From an uncultured Flavobacteriaceae bacterium (GTDB lineage Bacteria; Bacteroidota; Bacteroidia; Flavobacteriales; Flavobacteriaceae): a stretch of 28,454 nt of DNA. Where the stretch lies: contig CAZQBE010000001.1 in the NCBI GenBank assembly GCA_964591595.1, positions 1 to 28,454 of the forward strand, written 5' to 3'. The notes beneath the pieces are model-generated. The model did not search any database, was not told the origin of the DNA, and was given only the letters and a program-made list of their open reading frames with translations. How positions within the stretch are numbered: the first letter of the stretch is position 1; each line of letters starts with the position of its first letter. Position numbers and translations under genes: made by a program. This document shows, piece after piece, positions 16,023 to 25,700 of this stretch.

Positions 16023-18068
16023 ATGTCTGAAGTTGGGAAATCGCTTAATTTTATTGAGCACATTATAGAGGAAGATTTAGCTAATGGAATGCCGAAAAGC
16101 AATTTACGTTTTCGTTTTCCACCAGAGCCTAATGGCTATTTACACATTGGGCACACTAAAGCCATTGGGATTAGCTTTGGTTTAGGAGAAAGGTACAATG
16201 CTCCTGTAAATCTTAGGTTTGACGACACCAACCCAACAAAAGAAGAGCAAGAGTATGTTGATGCCATTAAAAAGGATATTTCTTGGTTGGGCTATAAATG
16301 GGCTGATGAATGTTATTCTTCTGATTATTTTCAAACACTTTTCAACTGGGCCATTAATATGATTGAAGATGGTAAAGCCTATGTTGATTCTCAATCTAGT
16401 GAAGCTATAGCAGAGCAAAAAGGCACACCTACACAAGTAGGCACCAACAGCCCTTATCGCAATAGAACAATAGCCGAGAATTTAGACTTGTTTAATCAAA
16501 TGAAGAAAGGTGAGTTTGAGGCAGGAGCACATGTATTGCGTGCTAAAATTGATATGGAAGACCCAAACATGTTAATGCGCGACCCGATTATGTACCGCAT
16601 CATGCACGCAACACACCACAGAACAGGAGATAATTGGTGTATTTACCCAATGTACGACTGGACACACGGTGAAAGCGATTATATCGAGCAGGTATCACAT
16701 TCTTTGTGCTCTTTAGAATTTAAACCACATAGAAAGCTTTATAATTGGTTTAGAGACCAAGTGTATCAGTATAGCTCTAAAATACTTCCATTACCACCAA
16801 AACAACGGGAGTTTGCACGTTTAAACTTAAGCTATACCATTATGAGTAAACGTAAGTTGTTAACCCTAGTTGAAGAACACATTGTTTCTGGTTGGGACGA
16901 CCCAAGAATGCCAACAATTTCAGGATTAAGACGACGGGGTTATACACCAAATTCAATTCGGAAATTTGTAGAAACTGTTGGCGTCGCAAAGCGAGAAAAT
17001 ATAATAGATGTTTCACTTTTAGAATTTTGTGTAAGAGAAGATTTAAACAAAATAGCAAACCGTGTGATGGCTGTTTTAAATCCTATTAAACTTGTAATTA
17101 CAAATTATCCAGAAGATAAAGAGGAGTGGTTAGAAGCAGAAAATAATCCAGAGGATGATAATGCAGGATATAGAAAATTACCATTTTCACGTGAATTGTA
17201 TCTTGAAAAAGACGATTTTAAAGAAGATGCCAACAGTAAATATTTTAGATTAACACTAGGTAAAGAAGTGCGCTTAAAAAACGCATATATTATTAAGGGA
17301 GAGAGTGTTTTTAAAGACGTAGAAGGAAATATTACAAAAATTCACTGTACCTATGATGCTAATAGTTTAAGCGGAAGCGGAAGTGAGGCTAGTTTACGCA
17401 AAGTTAAAGGGACATTACATTGGGTGTCTATAAAACACGCCATAAAAGCGGAAGTGAGAGCATATGATAGATTGTTTTTAGACGAAGCGCCAGATAGCCA
17501 TCAAGATAAAACGTTTACGGATTTTATTAATCCAAAGTCTTTAACTATAACTGAGGCTTATTTAGAACCAAGTCTAGCTGAAGCAAAAATAGGAGAACGA
17601 TTTCAATTTCAACGCTTAGGGTATTTTAATATTGATGACGATTCTACACCAGAAAAGCTAGTCTTTAATAAAACGGTTGGTTTACGAGACACTTGGGCTA
17701 AACAAATACCTAAAACAGAAGCTAACCAAAACCAGTCAAAACCACAGGTACAACACCAATCGCGACGCAAACCTATTGATGTGATTAAACAATTGGGAAA
17801 AAAGTACACAAATTTACCAGAAGTAAAGCAACAAAGAGTTAAAGCAGAAATTCAAGAACTAGCAATGAGCGTTACGTATGATGAGCTGCAACCATTATTT
17901 GCTACTGCAGTAAAAAAAACAGGAACACGAATTGCTGTTATGTTAGCACTAGGGGTTTTACTACACAATGGTTTAGAACGCAATGATGAAATCAAGGCTT
18001 TCATTGAAAAAGCCTTAGAAGATAAAAATGAATTACTGGTTTTAGAGGCAAAAGCTTTATCAAAGTAA
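16023..18068 (+). CDS. glnS: Glutamine--tRNA ligase with an extra C-terminal domain
   Basis: RFPPEPNGYLHIGH (HIGH), RFDDTNP, YPMYD, MSKRK (KMSKS equivalent), FQFQRLGYF, FNKTVGLRDTW; ~121 aa follow the usual end. Confidence 0.95.
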   Translation: MSEVGKSLNFIEHIIEEDLANGMPKSNLRFRFPPEPNGYLHIGHTKAIGISFGLGERYNAPVNLRFDDTNPTKEEQEYVDAIKKDISWLGYKWADECYSSDYFQTLFNWAINMIEDGKAYVDSQSSEAIAEQKGTPTQVGTNSPYRNRTIAENLDLFNQMKKGEFEAGAHVLRAKIDMEDPNMLMRDPIMYRIMHATHHRTGDNWCIYPMYDWTHGESDYIEQVSHSLCSLEFKPHRKLYNWFRDQVYQYSSKILPLPPKQREFARLNLSYTIMSKRKLLTLVEEHIVSGWDDPRMPTISGLRRRGYTPNSIRKFVETVGVAKRENIIDVSLLEFCVREDLNKIANRVMAVLNPIKLVITNYPEDKEEWLEAENNPEDDNAGYRKLPFSRELYLEKDDFKEDANSKYFRLTLGKEVRLKNAYIIKGESVFKDVEGNITKIHCTYDANSLSGSGSEASLRKVKGTLHWVSIKHAIKAEVRAYDRLFLDEAPDSHQDKTFTDFINPKSLTITEAYLEPSLAEAKIGERFQFQRLGYFNIDDDSTPEKLVFNKTVGLRDTWAKQIPKTEANQNQSKPQVQHQSRRKPIDVIKQLGKKYTNLPEVKQQRVKAEIQELAMSVTYDELQPLFATAVKKTGTRIAVMLALGVLLHNGLERNDEIKAFIEKALEDKNELLVLEAKALSK

Positions 18069-18076
18069 AAACAATC

Positions 18077-18113
18077 AAAAAAACCTCAAAGTATTTAGCT
18101 TTGAGGTTTTTTT
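18077..18113. terminator. Bidirectional terminator between glnS and the SPFH gene
   Basis: AAAAAAACCTCAAAG-TATTTAG-CTTTGAGGTTTTTTT. Confidence 0.85.
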
Positions 18114-18130
18114 AGATAGAATGGCTAAAA

Positions 18131-19060
18131 TTATTCGTCCTTATTTTTTCTATTCTGTTCCTTCATTGCTTCACCAATTTGGTTGCTAGCCGTAAAACTT
18201 GCTACCATATCATTAAGCATGTTGCTTCCTGCTTGAGGAGAATTAGGTAATAATATTAAATTACTATTTGTCTCACCTCCAATAGCCTGTAAAGTATCAT
18301 AGTGTTGTGTCACAACGATAAGCGCAGAAGCCTCTTGGGAGTTAATGCCAACCTTGTTTAGTACATCTACAGACTCTTCAAGCCCACGAGCAATTTCACG
18401 TCTTTGATCCGCAATACCCTGTCCTTGCAAACGTTTGCTTTCCGCTTCCGCCTTAGCTTTTTCAACAATCAATATACGTGCAGCGTCACCCTCAAACTGG
18501 GCAGCCACTTTTTCACGTTCAGCAGCATTAATTCTATTCATAGCCTCTTTTACCTGAGAATCAGGATCAATATCTGTTACTAAGGTTTTAATAATATCGT
18601 AACCATAATCCATCATGGCTTCGTTAAGTTCTTTTTTTACAGCTATTGCTATATCATCTTTTTTAACAAAAACATCATCCAGTTTCATTTTAGGCACTTC
18701 AGCACGCACCACATCAAACACATAAGATGTAATTTGATCGTGTGGGTAATCCAACTTATAAAATGCATCATATACTTTAAGTTTGATAACTTTAAATTGA
18801 ACAGAAACTTTTAATCGCACAAACACATCATCTAGTGTTTTGGTTTCAATCATAACATCAAGTTGTTGAATTTTTAGGCTTAAACGACCAGAAATACGAT
18901 CAACCAATGGAATTTTTAAATGTAATCCAGATTGACGAATACTATGAAATTTACCAAAACGCTCAACAATAACAGCGGTTTGTTGTTTTACAATAAAAAA
19001 AGCAGAAATTAGAATTATTAATCCGAAGAAAGCAAGTGGAATGAAAATATATTGACCCAT
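18131..19060 (-). CDS. SPFH / band 7 (stomatin/prohibitin-like) membrane protein
   Basis: N-terminal TM, VERFGK, GLHLKIPLVD, ETKTLDDV, coiled-coil AEAESKRLQGQG. Confidence 0.9.
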   Translation of the reverse strand: MGQYIFIPLAFFGLIILISAFFIVKQQTAVIVERFGKFHSIRQSGLHLKIPLVDRISGRLSLKIQQLDVMIETKTLDDVFVRLKVSVQFKVIKLKVYDAFYKLDYPHDQITSYVFDVVRAEVPKMKLDDVFVKKDDIAIAVKKELNEAMMDYGYDIIKTLVTDIDPDSQVKEAMNRINAAEREKVAAQFEGDAARILIVEKAKAEAESKRLQGQGIADQRREIARGLEESVDVLNKVGINSQEASALIVVTQHYDTLQAIGGETNSNLILLPNSPQAGSNMLNDMVASFTASNQIGEAMKEQNRKNKDE

Positions 19061-19195
19061 GGCAATTTTTTTAAATGGTTAGAAATATGCTAAGTTAATA
19101 GCTTAAAAATTAATAAAAGTTGTATTTGCATATTCTATCTGACTTTTAAAAAATTAAATACGAACAGATAAAAATATTTGATTACTAAATTAAGT

Positions 19196-19203
19196 TATAT
19201 TTG
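19196..19203 (+). promoter_or_regulatory. -7 promoter element for the beta-barrel gene
   Basis: TATATTTG lies inside the TTG-started ORF, which supports the later ATG at 19226 as the true start. Confidence 0.55.
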
Positions 19204-19225
19204 TTTTCCAACATCGAAAACTAAC

Positions 19226-19888
19226 ATGAAAAACAAACAGCTTACCTTATTAGTAGTATTTACCACCCTTTTCGTTACAATAACCTACGCTCAACCACAA
19301 AATTTTGTTATAAAAAACGGATTTAGTATCGGTGGAGGTTTCACCCAATTTAATATTAAAACAGATAATTTCACAACTATTCAAGGCTCTGGTTTTACTG
19401 TTGGCTTTGCCTCAACAGTAGACATACCACACAGATGGTACAACGTAAGTTACGGCATGCAAATCTCGGAAAACACATTTGAAGTTTCTGGAAGGATGAC
19501 TAACGATATTATTGGAAATGAAATGATTGAATATAAGCTTATGGCTGCACAGTTAGGGTTTTTATTTCATAGTAAAATAATTGGAAGTAACCTTACTTTT
19601 GATGTTGGACCACAATTACAATACAACGGCAATCTAGAATTTAAAAACAGCCAACAAGAAATGTATTTTTTGAATGAGTATGACGGTTTATCAGCTTCAG
19701 AGATTACGGATATTTCTAAATTTAACATTAATGGCACTGTTGGTTTTACAGCAGGAATAGGGCTTCTCAAGGTAAGAGCACAATACCTTTATGGATTTTT
19801 AAACATCTTTAGCAAGATTAGCACTACCACAAACAATTTTAAAGGAAATCCAGAAACTTTTGTCTTCTCTGCAATGATTACGTTTTAA
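19226..19888 (+). CDS. Outer-membrane beta-barrel protein (OmpW/PorT-like small barrel)
   Basis: From ATG 19226: signal peptide MKNKQLTLLVVFTTLFVTITYA, alternating beta-strands, RAQYLYG, C-terminal aromatic (MITF). The track starts at TTG 19178. Confidence 0.7.
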   Translation: MKNKQLTLLVVFTTLFVTITYAQPQNFVIKNGFSIGGGFTQFNIKTDNFTTIQGSGFTVGFASTVDIPHRWYNVSYGMQISENTFEVSGRMTNDIIGNEMIEYKLMAAQLGFLFHSKIIGSNLTFDVGPQLQYNGNLEFKNSQQEMYFLNEYDGLSASEITDISKFNINGTVGFTAGIGLLKVRAQYLYGFLNIFSKISTTTNNFKGNPETFVFSAMITF

Positions 19889-19929
19889 CAACCACCACTA
19901 CCTTTTTCAAAAGCGTTACAACGACATTA

Positions 19930-21531
19930 TTATATTGAGTGTGTTAGTTTCTCAATCCGATTTAGCGTTTCGGCTTTTCCTATCAAAAACATAATATTAA
20001 AAACATCAGGACCTTGTAATGCGCCAACCAAAGCTAATCGTAAAGGCATCATTACTTTTCCAAATCCAATGTCGTTGGTTGTTATCCAACCTTTAATTTG
20101 TGTTTGAAGATTTTCAATAGTATAATCATCAACGCCATTAATAATTGAGATTAATTCAAGCAGCAATGCTTTGGTTCCGTCTTTAATAGCTTTTTTAAAT
20201 GCTTTTTCATCATAAGTTTCTGGAGCAACAAAAAAGAAATGACTTAAACCCCAAAAATCGCTTACAAAAGTGGCGCGTTCTTTTATTAAGTCAACCACTA
20301 AAGACACGTACTTACTGTCAATGTCATTACGAGGAGCTTGCGACGTGGTAATCTCATTGTTTGGGGCAGATTGCTTCGTTTCACTCGCAATGCCGTTTAG
20401 TTGATTATTTATAATTGGTAAAAACTGTTTAACCAATCCATCATTACTTTGTTCCTGTATATAATGATGATTAAACCATTTGATTTTATCAGGATCAAAA
20501 CGAGCACCTGCTTTATGTACACGTCCTAACTCAAAGGTGCTTATTAATTCCTCTAAACTAAAAATTTCTTGTTCTGTTCCTGGATTCCAGCCTAAAAACG
20601 CTAAAAAATTAACCATAGCCTCCGGAAAATAGCCATCTTCTTTATAACCCCTTGAAACGTCTCCTGTAATTGGATCTTTCCACTCCAATGGAAATACAGG
20701 AAAGCCTAATTTATCGCCATCACGTTTACTTAATTTCCCTTTTCCCGTAGGTTTTAAGATTAAAGGTAGGTGTGCAAATTCAGGAGCTTTCCAACCAAAA
20801 GCGAGATACAAAGTAATATGTAAAGGAACTGAAGGCAACCACTCTTCACCGCGAATGACATGAGTAATTTCCATTAAATGATCATCAACAATATTTGCTA
20901 AATGATAAGTAGGCATACCATCACTTTTAAACAATATCTTGTCGTCTAAAACTTCTTTTTTAAAAGAAACATGTCCACGGATTATATCTGTTGTTGAAAT
21001 CGTTCCGTGGGAACCCTCTGTTTTTAGGTCAAGCATTTTAAAACGAATTACATAATCATCTCCATTAGAAATTCTGTTATCAACCTCATCTTTAGTTAAT
21101 GAGATTGAGTTTGTTAGTTTCTCTCTATTATGCCAATTGTAAATGAAGGTCTTACCTTTTGCTTCGTGATCTTTTCTGTGAAAATCTAGTTCTTCGGGGG
21201 TGTCAAATGCGTAATATGCTTTTCTTTCATCAACTAATTTCTTAGCATAATCTCTATATATGTGTTTGCGCTCACTTTGTCTGTATGGCCCTAAACCACC
21301 ATCTTTTCCTGGGCCTTCATCAAAAGGAATACCACACCAATTTAAGGCATCAATAATATAATGTTCAGCGCCTTCAACATAACGGTTTTGGTCGGTATCT
21401 TCTATACGAAGCACAAATGTCCCATTGTGTTTTTTAGCAAACAAATAATTAAAAAGCGCTGTTCTTACGCCTCCAATATGTAAAGGTCCTGTTGGACTTG
21501 GTGCAAAACGCACACGAACAGAGTTACTCAT
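19930..21531 (-). CDS. gltX: Glutamate--tRNA ligase
   Basis: RFAPSPTGPLHIGG, LRIEDTD, PTYHLA, HVIRGEEW, KLSKR, PLRLAL..GPD. Confidence 0.96.
   Translation of the reverse strand: MSNSVRVRFAPSPTGPLHIGGVRTALFNYLFAKKHNGTFVLRIEDTDQNRYVEGAEHYIIDALNWCGIPFDEGPGKDGGLGPYRQSERKHIYRDYAKKLVDERKAYYAFDTPEELDFHRKDHEAKGKTFIYNWHNREKLTNSISLTKDEVDNRISNGDDYVIRFKMLDLKTEGSHGTISTTDIIRGHVSFKKEVLDDKILFKSDGMPTYHLANIVDDHLMEITHVIRGEEWLPSVPLHITLYLAFGWKAPEFAHLPLILKPTGKGKLSKRDGDKLGFPVFPLEWKDPITGDVSRGYKEDGYFPEAMVNFLAFLGWNPGTEQEIFSLEELISTFELGRVHKAGARFDPDKIKWFNHHYIQEQSNDGLVKQFLPIINNQLNGIASETKQSAPNNEITTSQAPRNDIDSKYVSLVVDLIKERATFVSDFWGLSHFFFVAPETYDEKAFKKAIKDGTKALLLELISIINGVDDYTIENLQTQIKGWITTNDIGFGKVMMPLRLALVGALQGPDVFNIMFLIGKAETLNRIEKLTHSI
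20323..20394 (+). repeat. 72-bp GTCA-tagged palindromic repeat (RPE/REP-like) inserted in frame in gltX
   Basis: GTCATTACGAG...CTCGCAATGCC imperfect terminal inverted repeats (9/11), with internal GTAATCT/AGATTGC pairing; adds GIASETKQSAPNNEITTSQAPRND. Confidence 0.8.
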
Positions 21532-21547
21532 GTGTATTAACTTTCGG

Positions 21548-21555
21548 CAAAGATA
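21548..21555 (-). promoter_or_regulatory. -7 promoter element for gltX
   Basis: Minus strand TATCTTTG, 17 bp upstream of the start. Confidence 0.6.
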
Positions 21556-21581
21556 AAACGATAATTATGAAAAGAAATATT

Positions 21582-22625
21582 TTATACCGAAATCATTTCT
21601 TTTGGAACACGTTTATTCATAATATAAAACCACAGAGGGGGAATTAAAGCCAACACCATAGAGGTAGGATAGCCAAAAGGAAGTTGTGGACTTTCGTCAT
21701 GACATTCTAAAACTTGATACTTTTTTGAAGATTTGTAGTGATGATCACTGTGCCGTGTAAGCTCATATAAAATAATTCTACCCACAACATGGTTGGAGTT
21801 CCACGAATGAATTTCTTTAACGCGCTGGTAACGATTAGAATCATTTTTTAAACGCAACAAACCATAATGTTCAATATAGTTTACAGTTTCAAGAAGTAAA
21901 AATGCGGTTAGAGCTGCTAATAAGTCAAAAATCAATCCTATTTCGTCAAAAATTAAAAACACAGTAGTAAGGTAAGATGCTTGAAGAATTGCAAACCAAA
22001 ACATATCGTTTTTTAAAGAGAAGAAGGAATTATTATTGTTTTTTAAAAGAGACATTTGAATCTTCCAAGCGCTTATATATTGTCTAATGGTTGAGGTAAT
22101 CCAAAAAGAATAAACATTTTGTTTGTATCTTGCAGTAGCAGGATCTTCTTTTGTAGCAGCATGTAGATGATGACCGTGATTATGTTCAATAAAAAAATGC
22201 ATATACAGAGAAGGAAGTAACAATAATTTCCCTATAAAACGTTCATTACTATGTAGCCTATGACCAAGTTCGTGCCCAACATTAATACCATTTACCCCTA
22301 AGACCATTCCGGTTGTTAGCACTAAGCCAATATATTCAAAAGTTTTAAGAGAGCCAGACGACACTTCTAGTAAAGCCCAAACCAACACAAAACACACTAT
22401 TGGTAAATTAAGGTATAACAGCCAATCAAAAAGGGGGTTTACTTTTCTGTTTTCTGTTTCTTCTTTAGTAAAATTAGCGTCATTTTGAGGCAACAAAAGC
22501 TCTAAAACAGGAATAAAAACATAAGCATACACAGGAGTTAAGTAAAACCAAATATCTTTTAAGTAAATTCCAATTACAGCACATAGCGGAATGCTGAGCG
22601 CTGCTAAATATTTCAAGTCTCTCAT
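21582..22625 (-). CDS. alkB: Alkane 1-monooxygenase (AlkB family membrane di-iron enzyme)
   Basis: His boxes GHELGH, EHNHGHH, NYIEHYG (HYG motif), RHSDHH; PFGYPT; multiple TM segments. Substrate not established. Confidence 0.85.
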   Translation of the reverse strand: MRDLKYLAALSIPLCAVIGIYLKDIWFYLTPVYAYVFIPVLELLLPQNDANFTKEETENRKVNPLFDWLLYLNLPIVCFVLVWALLEVSSGSLKTFEYIGLVLTTGMVLGVNGINVGHELGHRLHSNERFIGKLLLLPSLYMHFFIEHNHGHHLHAATKEDPATARYKQNVYSFWITSTIRQYISAWKIQMSLLKNNNNSFFSLKNDMFWFAILQASYLTTVFLIFDEIGLIFDLLAALTAFLLLETVNYIEHYGLLRLKNDSNRYQRVKEIHSWNSNHVVGRIILYELTRHSDHHYKSSKKYQVLECHDESPQLPFGYPTSMVLALIPPLWFYIMNKRVPKEMISV

Positions 22626-22766
22626 ATATTTATAAAAAGGCGATTATCAATTAAACAAATACAACAATTAGTTACAGGGACTTTAACAGAATGTTATAAA
22701 ATTTTTGCACTACAAGTTAATAATAAAATTGTAGTTTTATTAGTTCAATCTAACAAAGAGCAGCTT

Positions 22767-25700
22767 TTGAGCAACTTTAAAAATATACAAGATAAATTAG
22801 AAGCATTTATTAAAAAGTATTACACCAACGATTTAATCAAGGGAGTAATCCTGTTTTTTGCAATAGGGTTATTATACTTTTTGTTTACGCTTTTAATTGA
22901 ATATACACTTTGGTTAAATACAGCCTTAAGAACAGTTTTATTTTGGGTGTTTGTATTTATAGAATTGTCTTTATTTTTTATGTTTATTATACTGCCTTTG
23001 GCAAAGCTGTTTAAACTTCAAAAAGGAATAAACCATAAAGAAGCATCTAAAATTATAGGAAGCCATTTTCCAGAAGTTAGCGATAAGTTGCTTAATGTGC
23101 TTCAGCTTAACGAAAACTCAGATCAAACAGAATTGTTAATGGCGAGTATTGAGCAAAAAGCAATAGAGCTAAATCCAATTCCGTTTAAACTGGCAATTAA
23201 TTTTAAAAGGAATTTCAAATATTTAAAGTACGCCGCAATTCCTGTGCTTATTATTTTATTGTCTTTTGTTTCAGGTAAGTTTGAATGGTTTAGCGATAGT
23301 TATAAGCGTGTTGTAAACTACCAAATCGCTTACCAGCCGCCAGCGCCTTTTCAGTTCTTTATTATTAATGATAGCCTTAAAACTATTGAAAACAAACCGT
23401 TTACACTTATTGTGAATACTCAAGGAGATGTGGTTCCGGAGAATATTCAAATCAATTATAACAATCAGGCATACTATCTTAAAGAACGTAATTCAGGAAT
23501 GTTTGAATATGTTTTTACCCAACCCAATTCTAATATAGCGTTTAGTTTGTTTGCTAATAATGTAACCTCAAAAACCTATAGACTCGAAGTTCTTAATGCA
23601 CCCATCTTACTTAGTTTTGATATGGTTTTAAATTATCCTGCATATACCAAAAAAGCAGATGAAACTATTAAAAATACAGGGAACGCAGTTGTGCCACAAG
23701 GCACTAAGGTAAAATGGAATCTAAAAACAAAATCTACTGAAAGCGTAATATTACATTCAAGAGATTCCATGATTAATTTCACTAAGGAAGGAGATGAATT
23801 TAATTTTAGTAAACTTGTTTTTAAATCATTAAACTATAGCCTTAACACAAGCAATGATGCCCTAAAGAATTATGAAAGTTTAGCGTTTACAATAGATGTA
23901 ATCAGGGATGAGTACCCTGAATTAAATGTGAGTATGGAACAAGATTCATTAGACGCTCAAACCCTTTATTTTTACGGACAAGTGAGTGACGATTATGGAT
24001 TAAGCAAGCTTCAGTTAGTGTATTATCCAAGCAATTCTGAAAAAGACAAAAAAACAGAAACCATTTCTATTTCAAAATCAAACTTTGATGAGTTTATAAA
24101 TATCTTTCCAAATCAATTAAAGCTTTTAGAAGGCGTTAGTTACGAGCTGTATTTTGAGGTGTTTGACAACGATGCTATAAGTCATTACAAAAGCACAAAA
24201 AGTAATGTTTTTAATTATCGGAAGTTAACCAAGGATGAATTGAAGCAAGAACAATTGAAAACTCAAAGCGAAACTATCGAAGATTTAAATAATTCACTTC
24301 AAAAGATAGAAGACCAAGAAAAAGAGCTTAAAGCGTTTTCTAAGACACAAAAAGAAAAGTCGGAGCTTAATTTTAATGATAAAAAGAAATTAGAAAACTT
24401 TTTAAAACGCCAAAAACAGCAGGATGAGATGATGCAGAATTTCAATAAGAAATTGAAGGATAACTTGGAAGAATTTCAAAACGAAAATGATGATAAAGAT
24501 CTGTTTAAAGAAAGCTTAAAACAACGTTTAAATGAAAATCAGGAGCAATTAGAGAAAGACGAGAAGCTTTTAAAGGAGCTGAAAAAATTATCAGAAAAGA
24601 TTCAAAAAGAAGAGTTATCTCAAAAATTAGAAGAGCTTGCAAAGCAAAACAAGAACAGGAAAAGAAGTTTAGAGCAACTTTTAGAGCTTACCAAGCGCTA
24701 TTATGTGGCTATGAAAACAGAAAAGCTTAAAGTCGAGTTAGAGGAATTGGCTAAAGAGCAAGAAAAATTATCGAAAGAAACAAAAGAAAATAATACTAAA
24801 GAGAAACAGGACGAGTTAAATAAAGATTTTGAAGATTTTCAAAAAGAATTAGAAGAACTTAGAAAAGACAATAAAGAGCTAAGAGAGCCATTAGGTGTAC
24901 CACAAGACATTAAAAAAGAAGAAGAGATAAAGAACGAACAACAAGAAGCTAGTGAAAATTTAGAAAAGAAAGAGCAAAGCATAAGTCCACAAGAGCAACA
25001 GCAACAACAAAATAACGCTAAGAAAAATCAAAAGAAAGCAGCTCAGAAAATGAAACAAATGAGTGAGCAAATGGGTGAATCTATGATGGGAGGAGGAGGT
25101 CAGCAAATGGCAGAAGATATTGATATGCTACGTCAAATTTTAGATAACTTAGTATTATTCTCGTTCAACCAAGAGGATGTTATGAATAGGTTTAAAGGCA
25201 TACAAGTAAATCACAACGAGTACGCCAAATATTTACGCAAACAACAAAATCTTCGAGAACATTTTGAACATGTAGATGATAGCCTTTTTGCGCTGTCGTT
25301 ACGCCAACCAATGATTTCAGAACGTATAAACAAAGAGATTACAGAAGTGTTTTTTAATATTGATAAATCCCTTGCGCAACTTTCAGAAAACAGATTATAT
25401 CAAGGGGTGGCTGCACAACAATATACAGTTACTTCAGCCAATGCATTGGCAAGTTTTTTAAGTGATATTTTAGATAATATGGAAAACCAAATGATGCCAT
25501 CTCCAGGCAAAGGACAAGGGGGTGATATGCAACTTCCAGATATTATAATGAGTCAAGAAGAATTAAACAAACAAATGGAGGAAGGCTTAAAAAAGAGTGA
25601 AGAGGGAAAAGAGAAAGACAGTAAAGAAGGAAATGAAGGAAAACAAAAAGGAGACAAAGAAGGATTGCAACAAGAGAATGGAGAGGGCAATAATAGCGAA

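Noticed and set aside
17183-17198. ATTTTCACGTGAATTG, a CACGTG-centred parS-like sequence in glnS
   Set aside because: Five mismatches to the parS consensus, and explained by the conserved coding sequence (PFSRE).
19178-19225. TTG-started N-terminal extension of the beta-barrel ORF
   Set aside because: It contains the TAnnTTTG promoter motif, and the signal peptide begins at ATG 19226.
20995-21035. Possible short extra segment in GltX (LDLKTEGSHGT) with a small GTTCC-GTG-GGAAC hairpin
   Set aside because: No GTCA tag or similarity to the other repeats; the region is naturally variable and I cannot confirm an insertion without an alignment.
24960-25110. CAA/CAG-rich stretch (QEQQQQQNN) and GGA run in the DUF4175-like gene
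   Set aside because: Ordinary low-complexity coding sequence, not a phase-variable tract (triplet units keep the frame).
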